Under the pieces are notes generated by a model, which saw only the letters and a list, made by a program, of their open reading frames with translations, did no database searches and was not told where the DNA came from. From Lama glama (Eukaryota): 64,000 nt of DNA. A program made the position numbers and the translations under genes. Below are positions 13,216 to 23,200 of this stretch, piece after piece (positions within the stretch are counted from its first letter, which is position 1; the number at the start of each line of letters is the position of its first letter). The stretch lies in the NCBI GenBank assembly GCA_028534125.1, contig CM052816.1:21764001-21828000 (forward strand). The letters run 5' to 3'.

Positions 13216-13470
13216 ATGGGTAATCAGAGCTCTGTTCCATCTCGTAGCCCCCCAGGGTATATTTTGCAGAATTGGGAAATTTTTAGTTATGCATTTATGA
13301 AAAGGAAAAAAATGTATTTTATTGTAACACTGCTTGACTTCAATACTCCTTAAAATCTGGAGAACAGTGGCCCCTAATGGCTCTCTAAATTATAATACCA
13401 TCTATCAATTAGAACAGTTTTTTGTTAAAGGGAAGGAAAATGGGATGAAATTCCTTATGAAAAGGCTTTT
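13216..13470 (+). pseudogene. ERV gag matrix remnant, copy 1 (frameshifted)
   Basis: MGNQSSVPSRSPPGYILQNW...FYCNTA*LQYSL..GEQWP/NGSLNYNTIYQLEQF resembles class-I ERV Gag N-termini. Confidence 0.75.
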
Positions 13471-13604
13471 ATGGTATTGCATGAAAGTGAGTCTTTTGGA
13501 ACTTGTTTGGATTTGAGCCTTTTGGAATTGGTTTGGCTTTTATCTTGTGTATGTGGGTGAGTGTATATTTGTGTTAAAGAAGTGCACTATTTAAATTGGT
13601 AGAC

Positions 13605-13783
13605 ATGGGAAACAAAACCCTAGTTTCTAAAATAGCCCTTTAGGATGCATCCTACAAAATTGGACCACCTTTACTTTTAGTTCTGTGACTAAAGCCAAAA
13701 TTATATATGTGTATGTATATATATATATATGTAACACCACATGGTCACAATATTCTTTAGACTCTGGGGAAAAATGCCCAAGA
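13605..13783 (+). pseudogene. ERV gag matrix remnant, copy 2 (frameshifted, interrupted by a TA microsatellite)
   Basis: MGNKTLVS/NSPLGCILQNWTTF.../CNTTWSQYSLDSGEKCP. Confidence 0.7.
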
Positions 13784-16770
13784 TGAGGCTCATTTGACAA
13801 TCCAAAAGTGGTTTGCTGGCTTGATAAAACATTTTTTCAGAATTCTGACCCTACAGGAATAAGTCCTAATAGGAGGAACTTGATTTTCTCTCTCTGTGCC
13901 TTTGAGATGTAAATGTTCTAATGGGCTTTCAGGAACTCATCTTTGTCTTAGTAGATCATCTCCAATTCCTGAGACAGAAGGGAAAAAAGGAGGAAAGAGG
14001 CCTTTTAAAACTTAACTTACCACAACTATTATTTATAAACTGTGAGTTTTATATTGTAATATCTGATTCATGACTAAGTTTAAAAATGAAGTTATGAGAT
14101 CTCTGGTTGCATCTGTCTATCTGTCTATGTGGGCATTATAAATATATCTTTATATTTGGATGGTCTTATCAAAATTAATTTCTAAATAAGTTCTATTTAA
14201 TTGGCTTAAAGGAAATAGAGTACTTATATATAATTCTCAGAAATATTAAGGAAACTAACCCAATGAATTTTAGGTTCACATGAACTGGGAAATATTCCAT
14301 ATTAAATTAATATTTGGTATTAAAATTAGTTTAAGTTTGTTGGTTTAATTAATATAGACATGTCTTTAGAGCCATCAACATTAAGTATAGTACTTTTATT
14401 GTACTTAAGTTTAACTAGAAGTCAAATAAGATCTTATTATATCTGCTACAAAATTTGTCTCCAAGAAAATAATAACTTGGTATAATGAAATTTTTATAAG
14501 TTAATTAAATGTAAATGAGATAAAAGCTTTTAGGTAAACTCTTCACGGATAATTATGTTTTGGGACTGTCTACTTAAAAATAGTGTCTCCAGGCTTTGAT
14601 AACTTGAAACTTTAAAATTTAGCTAGATTAAGTTAAATGATGAAAGTTTTAAAAATATCTAAATCATTTAGATATCATTAATGATATCTAAATATCATTC
14701 TAAAATAAAATAAGATTCTGGAACATTAATTGGTCGACATAGGCTTCCTTTTACATAGAAACTAAAGCTATTTAGAACTATTAATAAATATGTTTGGTTT
14801 CACACTAAGACATTTTCTGTAAGAAAGTATGTCTTTAGAAATTACAAATAATATTTATAACTTTGCCAATCAAAAGAACGCTAATGTAAGACAGTTCATA
14901 ATTGCTTACTTCTTAGTTTTCTAGAAATTAAGGTTTTTAAGAATTGGGAATTCTAATTAATGTATGTAACTTAAACTAAAAATTAATAAGAAAAACATCT
15001 TTGTTTGCAAGGAAAAAGAAGGTATAAGGAATGGAAATGCATTTTGTTAAGGGAAAATAATTTTTTCTTAAAGCTAGTTATTTCTAAATAGGAAAGAAAA
15101 TAAAGGGACAAATTAATATGGATGCAGAAAGTTTACAAGGGAAAAAATGTTTAGAAAGGAATTCTATGTATGGTTGGGACCAACTAAGATTAGAATAAAT
15201 TTAACTGAGTAAGTCAATTTTAATATTAAAGGTAAGATGATATTTGGTTTGGTTTCTCTCTCTGTTAAGAGAATAAAGCTTTTTTTTCACTATTGAGCTG
15301 CTTTTAATAGCAGATTGTAAGTTTCTTTACAAGTTTTTAAGAAATTTATTGTAACCTTTTGTATTTGCTTTTGAAATCTTGTACTGTCACTTTGGTTAAG
15401 GGAATAAGTATTGATTCATAGTGACCTATTAGCCTAATTGACCAAGTGTTTTGAAGCTTTTTGATATTTTGACAAAATTCCCCACGATGAAATTCTAATT
15501 AAAGTTCACTTTACCTCTAGCTAACTTTAAGTTTTCCAATGGGCCCCTGAAGCATCTCAGAGAGAAAGATTAAACCAACTAGTTTTATATAGTATGCTAA
15601 ATTACATAGAAAGCATTGTCAAATGAGTGATAAATCTTCTTAGATTATATTGTATGGGTAAATGTTTTTAATATAGATATTTTGGAAATGATATGAAATT
15701 CCTAAAAAAAAGTCCTAATAAAATGTTATCAGTCATAATTCTGGTTATTTTCTTAAAGTGTTATATGTCATAGCAGTAACCATGTTTCTTTGCCAATTGT
15801 ATTGTAATCAGATCTTTAACCATGCCTTTTAACGTCTTTTGTCCTTTATAGACAAGCAGTTATTGTTGTACTCATGCTTTTGCATAAAAAATGCTTCATC
15901 TTCAAGAAGATTCATAGAAAGGAGTTTTTGACAAGTACAAGTTTCTGATAACTTTCAGATCATGCCACTGAACTGGGTAAGAAATTAAAGAATCCTGTTG
16001 GCTTCATAAAACTGTTGACAAAAAGGATTAGTTACATAGGAATGAGTGTACTGGTGAATATGGTTATAATTTTAATGGGTTTTGTCTGAAATATTACTGA
16101 CTTTTAATCTGTGTTTCCCAGATATAAGGAAATCTTTCCCCTTAAGCTAATTATGACTTATAGCAGCTTGGTAAATTATACCTTTGTAAGCAGAACTGAA
16201 ACATTTATCTTTTCTCTCTAACTGATCCCTCCAGAAATCGGAAACTCTTAGGTTCCCAGAAGCCTTGTTAGGTAGATAAAGAAGACCACCTCCTGACAGG
16301 TGCAGGGATCTCAAGGTGTTTGGGGGACCTCGAGAAGAGAGGAGTTCACCCAGACCTATGGATGTCACAGGAAGAATCTGTGGCCAGCCCTTGGTGTGGC
16401 TTTCCTTGGTTTGCAAAGTGTTTAAAAAGTTCCAACACAGCCAGTTTAAAAGAGCCTATGTGATCAACTATACTTCTGTAAATAACTGGGCCAAGCTGAT
16501 TGAAACCAGACTTAGACTGCAAACAAATTAATCTTAACTCAGCTATATTTGTAAAATTTAGGGTAATTTTAGACAGAAAAGGTTGTGTTTCAATGGATAT
16601 TAAATTCTAGTTTTGTTAGTTGAGGTGTGTCTTTACTGCTTAAGATTCACTTCCCAGATAGCTCCTTGTTATTATGTTACATTATTATAAAATTTAATTG
16701 AATTATTAAAAGGACACTCTAAATTTTGTTCTGTAGCTTACTGCAGAAGTCTATGGATAAAGATCAGATG

Positions 16771-16923
16771 CTCCATAACCTGCAACTAGGAGATTATGCA
16801 TACTGGAAAAGGTATCAGTTAAAGGACTATTTCCAGTGTAGATGAAAAGACCATTATCTAGTACTTTTAACTAGTTTATGCACAGCAAAATTGAAAAGAA
16901 TTTACTCTAGAATTCATTTTTCT
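16771..16923 (+). pseudogene. ERV pol integrase C-terminal remnant
   Basis: LHNLQLGDYAYWKRYQLKDYFQCR*KDHYLVLLTSLCTAKLKRIYSRIHFS resembles the WKGPY(x)VLLT...WIH segment of integrase. Confidence 0.65.
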
Positions 16924-17944
16924 GTTCAGGACTGGTCTACAGAAAGGACTGCTGACCTCAAATGACACCCACATCACGACAAGAAGAAGATGACAGCAGT
17001 GGTAGACAACTGACCAAGAATCCAGGCCAGGCCTGTAAGACCTATCCTAATAATTCAGTTCAACTGTTTACCAAATGTTTGTCCCCTATCAAAATTGAAA
17101 GTTATTATTTTACTTTTAACTATGCTGTTGCCTCTACTGTTCAGGAAGAAAGAAAATTCTCTAGTGAAGTTGTCACAGGGTACAACTACTCGTGACATGT
17201 ATCACTGCTTGCTTTAAGTCTATGGCTAACAGCACATGTACAATGTTTGTGTGATAATTTGGTATAATGGATAAAATGTATAGCCTATAAAATGTTTCCC
17301 CCGTTATCAAACCTCTGAACTTATTCACTATGTCTGATTAAGTTTCCCCCAACGTGGATAACTAGACAGACCGTCCTCTCTCTGTATATACATGCTGATA
17401 TAGGTAGAAACATATAGATACCTGTATCTATATAGGTATAGCTATAGATATATATAAACAAAGAGGAGACCTAGCACCAAGGGACATACATGATGGATCC
17501 AGGACAAGCAGCAACCACTCTGACATCCACGTTCAAATATTTTGATCTATTGAAAGATTTGCAAACAAAAGGGGAAATGACCAAAGAAATTTTCACATTT
17601 TGAGGTTCGGGGAAGTCATTCTGGCTTATACAGGGTTAACTTAAACTAAAACAGCCTGTTCTGTGGCTTATCAAACATACATTGTATATCTGCTTTAACC
17701 ATTAAGAAAAAAATACATTTAGAAATAAAAATAGAATAACTGTGGTTCAGGCATCCAAAATAGAGCTGGGTGGCCATTGTGGACATGGCTTCAGACTCAT
17801 TCCTCTATTACTGAGGACTTGAATTTTATGAACTGTATCAGACTCAAAGATACCACCAGCCGTTTTCAAAACAATATCTGCTAGCAGCTGCCAATTGTAA
17901 CCTTATGCTCAAGGTAAATATCAAATCTTCCTTTTATTTTAGGA

Positions 17945-18310
17945 GTGGTAGTAACAAATGAGACAGCTCAAGGCATAGCCTCCCAACAGAAGGCATTGGA
18001 TTCCTTAGCTGGAATAGTATTAAACAATAAAATTGCTTTTGACTGGATTTTAGCAGAAAAGGGAGATATATATGTAGTGGCTAATAGCTCCTCTCACGTA
18101 TATGTTAATAGCACACCGGAAGTTAAAAGCTACTTAGATAAAATTAGGAAACTGGTTACCAAGCTACAAGTCTCCCTGGAAGTACCAGGTCCAGACTGGT
18201 TTTCAGGCTTATTCTCTTGAATTCCTCAGAGAATGAGATCTACTTTATTAAAGTTTGGATTGTCACTCCTTCTCCTAATTGGGTACCTGATTATAAAACA
18301 TGCTATAAGC
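17945..18310 (+). pseudogene. ERV env transmembrane-subunit remnant
   Basis: Heptad repeat and immunosuppressive-like domain LDSLAGIVLNNKIAFDWILAEKGDI; CX6CC cysteines lost; stop at 18218-18220 before the hydrophobic anchor. Confidence 0.8.
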
Positions 18311-18525
18311 TGTTGGACCAAAACAGCAGACCAAAGGACTAAAATTTAATCACATAAGACTTGGGTCCAAGACCTGGAACTCAGAAATCTTTCCAACTCA
18401 GTGTGCAATGTTTCCACTCCCCAAGTTGAGGCAAGACTACACCCCATTTCAGCAGGACATAGCCAGAGTGATCGTCACCCTTTTCCCTCAAAAATTTGGA
18501 GGAAAGTTAAAACAGGAGTGGAGAT

Positions 18526-19074
18526 TGAAACTGAGTCCTCCTAAAATTGAGTTCCCTTACCAAGTTTATGATTCAGCTTTCTATCCAAAACTTGATTCCC
18601 TTTCTTGTCCCCTCTGGCCTCAATCTTGTACTAATTGAACACTGATCAACCAGAGTCAGATGACCTAAATTGCTGTTGTTGATAACATCGTTAATGTACT
18701 AAAATTGCTATTATAGATATCATCTTTAGGGTACAAACTCAGGTAGTTTCTCTGGGGCAAGATGAGCTAACAGACTGTCGAGTCATGGACCACCTGGCCA
18801 GAGAATCATAAACTAGAGACATCCTGACGCCCAAAACTACAATTAAGAATGTCACAGAAGTGTCATAAGATGATTAATTACAGCTTCTTTGTTCTTACCC
18901 CTTAAAAAAACAAAAAACTAACTCTAACTCAAAGACCAAGTTGGAGTGGATCTGAGGCTTGTTCCCCACTCCCTTCTTTGGAGCACTGAGATAATGTACT
19001 TTCACCACAATCTGTTGTCAGTAGATAAGCTTTACTGCGCCGCAGGCAGGCGTGGTAGGTTCAGTTTGGTAACA
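18526..19074 (+). mobile_element. 3' LTR, full length (549 bp)
   Basis: Begins TGAAAC after aaaacaggagtggagat and ends GGTAACA followed by the TSD. Confidence 0.85.
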
Positions 19075-19224
19075 CAACTCCTCAGCTAGCAGTTTGGCCA
19101 TCTGTGACTGTGGGTGGCTATGTGGTCATTCACTGTAACTATGAGGAGTCTCTTGAGACCTAATATTGCCACATACAGTTGGGAATGAAGACCACGATTG
19201 CCTGTGTTCTTGTGAAGCTTCATG

Positions 19225-19293
19225 TGACTTCCTATGACCTCATGTGACCTGATGTAGCAGCCTGTGGCCACATGGAGCCTCCTGTGACCTTGA
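19225..19293. promoter_or_regulatory. Candidate nuclear-receptor element cluster (tandem DR4 plus ERRE/SF-1 site)
   Basis: TGACTT-ccta-TGACCT-catg-TGACCT at 19225-19250; TGACCTTGA at 19285-19293. Motif match only. Confidence 0.5.
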
Positions 19294-19439
19294 GTGGCCT
19301 CAGCTCCAATCTTCCCAGAAGACTGAAGTCTGGGATCCCCAGAGAGTCGTCTGGGCCTAGCTGCCTTTTTGCTATATCCTAGATAGACCCTCATCGCCCT
19401 CTCCTCATGGCTTGCAGACTTGGCACCCAGAGTCTCCTA

Positions 19440-20240
19440 GTGTCTCCAAGAGGGGGATCCTTGGGGACGTTAGCGTCAGCGGGAACCGGCCCACCCGCAA
19501 GTGTCTCTCCTATAACAAGTGACAGCGACCCCTCTGACACACGAGCCTGCCCAGCCATAAAGGCCAGGGTCTCGCGGGATAAGGGTCTTGCATTGGTGGG
19601 GTGGGCGAGGAGTCACGCTTCTGCGCTAGTCTCATCGCGCGCCCCTGTCCCGCCCGTTTTCCCATAACGCCGGGTCCTGACGTTGGGCGGAGGCGGAGAG
19701 GGCACGTCCGCGCCGCAGCCCAGCCCCTGCCCCGCCGGGGACCTTGGCGGTTCCAACGCGGCTGCGAGAGCGCGGGGCTCCCGGACCCGGCCAGCTGCGG
19801 GGCTGGCAGGGGTCCAGTACAGGGCGCGCGCCGCGCCCTCCCCCTCCCGCCAAGACTCCGCAGCCGCGCGAGGAGGCGGGGCGCTGCGGAGCCAGGGGGC
19901 GGGGGCTAAAAATACCCGGCGGCGGCGGTAGCGGCGGCGCGGCGACTGCTGGGGCTGCGGGGTTGCGGGGCCGCTGGCCGCGGAGGGCGTTCCGGGCCAG
20001 GCTGGGCCCCGCCGACCGACATGCTGACCTTCTTCCTCGTCTCTGGGGGCTCCCTCTGGCTGTTCGCAGGTAAGTCCCCACCCTGTCCTTGTCCCTGACC
20101 CCCATTCCCGGCTCTCTGTGGGATCTTGGCCCCGTAGGGGTGAGCCTCCAGCCCGGGCTGTTGAGCCGTCCTGTCAGGGCTCCCCCGGGCTGCCCAGGTT
20201 CCCCCCACCTCCAAATTCTGGCGGGCCCCGGGCCAGGTTT
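19440..20240 (+). promoter_or_regulatory. CpG-island promoter of ACSL6
   Basis: Sharp rise in GC and CpG density around exon 1; GC boxes at 19874-19882 and 19895-19905; AT-rich CTAAAAATAC at 19906-19915. Boundaries are approximate. Confidence 0.9.
20021..20069 (+). CDS. ACSL6: ACSL6 coding exon 1 (49 nt, [16 protein letters not shown]+G)
   Basis: ATG within the CpG island; donor CAG|GTAAGT; phase 1 fits exon 2. Confidence 0.93.
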
Positions 20241-23200
20241 GGGAAGCAGCTGTGACTGTGGAAATGAGGGGCCTTGCTCTCTGCGACCCCACAACAACCT
20301 ACTCTTTGTGATCTCGCAGCAATCCGTCTCAGTTTCTCGCACCCACCTCCCCTTATGGCGAAGACTATGTGCTGATGAGACTAGGCCCTGAGCCCACTCA
20401 TCTCCCAAGGCCAAGTTCAGGGACAGACAGTTTATCCCTGTCCATCTCCAGGGTCCAGAAACTCAAGAGTGTGAGTCCCCGAGGACCCACGCAAGTCAAG
20501 GACATGAACAGGACTGACCTGGGGCTTCCTGATGCTGGTCAGAGGGTCTCCTCACAACCCCTCCCCCCCGACCACCCTTCAACCAGAGTACACCATTTCT
20601 GTGAAGCAGGGTTTCACCTGGCTCCTTAGCTATGCCCAGGGCTTGTACCCCCACCCTGCAAACCACCTCCCCTCTTCCTGCATCCTCTCAGGAAGCTTTG
20701 AGGAACCCCCTGGATCGCTGCCCAACACTCTTCCCTACTCCCCAGACACACACCTAGGCTCTCACTGAGGACCCATTCATCTACCAGTTTTGCTGCCCGC
20801 ACCAGCCACTCCTCTCCCTGAGCATTGGGTTCCTCTAGATTATGATACCAGTAAAGGGAATCCACTCCCCCCCACTCCCATGTGCAGGTTCAGCCTGATA
20901 ATGTATATGAGGTGTTTAACCTTATACTGGCTTCAAGCTGGACCTAGCCCAGAGCAAATGTTCTATGAATGCTAGTGTTTATTATTTCATGTTTAAACAG
21001 CAGCATCAGAGGTGGTTGTAAGGTTCTTTCTGAGCCGAAAAAGGGGAGGAGACTGTTTTGAAATCCTTACCTGAAACTTTGCCCGTGTTATTTAATATTC
21101 ACAGCAAATCCTAGGAGCTTGGTGGTGCTATCCCCTTTTTACTGAGGTTCAGAGGTTAATTGACTTGCCCAGTGTCATACGGATAATGTCTGACAGATTA
21201 GGTAGGGTTTGATCTGAGGCTTTAACTGATCAATCATTGCTAAGTGCTTGGTGGTATCAGGCTTGAACCTACAGGGTTGGTGGGCCAGATTATGGTAGGC
21301 AACCCCCCACCACCATTGCCCTGAGTCAGGCCACAGGGACACCTCCCCTGAGCGGGGAGAGAGTGAGGCCTCCCTAATCCCCTCAGCTCCCTAAGCTCCT
21401 TCTGTCTGCTGTGTCGGAGGACAAGCCATGCAGGAGTTATTAAAATAATGATAATGATGATTGTGATAGTAACAGTCATCATTTATTGCCTAGGTGATGG
21501 TCTCAGAGCCTTTTACCCACACCAGGACCCCTTTGTCCTACCATAGGAGGCCCCCACCTAGCCATGGGTCCAAGGGAAGCTCTCTGGAGCCTTGGTCTTC
21601 TGTGGCTACAGGGAGGTGTCCGGGGGCTACAGGGCCACACGTGGCAGGAGTCATCACCTGTGAGAAAAATACCGTCACAGTGCAAGATCCTCGTCTGAAA
21701 GTGGGATTCAGCAAGCACTAACTCATACTGGCTTTCCATTCTGCTTTGGTGTGGAGCGTTTCCCAGAGCAGTCAGTGCCTCCCTGATGGAAGACTGTACA
21801 GGGGCCCAGGAATGATCAAGCAGGACAACTCTGGGTGCAGGTGGCAGCTGCTTCCGTAGAGGCCAAGCTTCTCAATGCATACAAGAAATTCTTCAAAGAT
21901 GCCACCTTGGTGTAAGAATGAGAGACTGAGTGTGTGGCTGTGAGACCATGTGCTTACCCCAGACACGCATTGTGGCATTCTCAGATCATGTGTCCACTTT
22001 GCTTGGGACTTTGCCTGGACCCCAGTGTTTCTTTGAGATCAGAGGGGACACCTAGGGTAAGACTAAGAACACATTCTGTCTTGTAATCTCCAGGATCCTG
22101 TGGCAGCTGCCAGAGCCCTTTGGCTCAGCCAGAAATAGGAGAGGACTCCTGAAGTGCTGTGACTCTTTGTAGAATTATGTGCTGTTTGCCACCCAGTCTG
22201 GCCCTAAGAGGACAAGGGAAAGGTAGAGGGGAGCCATCTGGAGGGGAAACTGACTATCTGGGGGAAGCAGCCATGTGCTCTGAGCCCTAGAAGATCAAGG
22301 GCTGTATCCGTCCTGTTTCCCACAGAGTAGGCCAGCACTGATTCCTGAGCCAGCCCAAATCCCACCTGTGTATTGACTGGTAAACAAGGAAACAAAGTAG
22401 ATGCAGTGTGATGAGTCAGATGCTGTGCCTGGCTGAGGAAAACATGGTCTCAGTGCTAGGAGCACTCGGAAGACTATGGTAACAATGGACTGGCACTTCT
22501 GCCTGCCTGTATGGCACCACTGTGCAAAGTAGAAAGACGTTCCCCTCTTCATGGATGAATTTCTTAGCAGGTACCCCTTCCTCTAGGCTGATGCAGCCCT
22601 GTGTCCTTCTACAGGGTCCAGTCTGCGCAACCATATACCTGACCATCGGTGACAGCTGAGTGGGCTTCTGCATCATACAGGGGTGTTTGTCAGAGGCAGG
22701 TAGGCCAAATCCCAGGTAGAGAAAGTCAGGCCAGCAAAGATGTGCAGGAAGAACTATGGTGGGGGATGGGTCTTTATGAGTCTTGTGCCTGAGGAGCCTA
22801 GGTTGTAGGAGGGGATGGAGTCTGGATGGGAAAGGATTCTAGAGAAGATGGTTTTGTTTAGGGGGCAGATGTGCCCTCATTTAGCTGCAGTGGCCAGACT
22901 GAGCCAGCAGGAAGAGAGTGGAAGCTGGGAGAGCAGTGGGAGGCTATTGTGATGTTATGGATGAGAATAGCTATGGCCCAGTCGAGGCTGAGTTCCAAGA
23001 AGAGGAAGGTAAGTGGCCCCAGCTGTGACCTTTGGGGAAATGGGGACTGGCATTGGTGGCTGAGACTGGTGTGCCAGCAATCTGGGTGTAGTTGTCCAGG
23101 GCAGGTGCAGACTTGCACAGCCTGGCTCAGCTCAGCCCCATCAGATCCTCCCCACACCTCTGCTCCCATTAGGGTGGAGGACTGATGAGAGGTCTGGGGC

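Larger units (their letters stand above)
12940..19074 (+). mobile_element. Decayed class-I (gamma-like, ERV1) endogenous retrovirus with a non-autonomous-type structure
   Basis: TG...CA termini; 4-bp TSD CAAC at 12936-12939 and 19075-19078; two homologous LTR segments; PPT-like purine run before the 3' LTR; gag, integrase and env remnants in the correct order. Confidence 0.9.

Noticed and set aside
17945..18220. Possible domesticated env (syncytin-like) gene
   Set aside because: Only about 91 codons, non-ATG start, no signal peptide or intact SU, CX6CC lost, and a stop before the membrane anchor.
19601..20414. Long overlapping ORFs up to 260 aa on both strands at the promoter
   Set aside because: Low-complexity G/P/R/A translations are expected from a stop-poor CpG island, and there is no recognisable domain.
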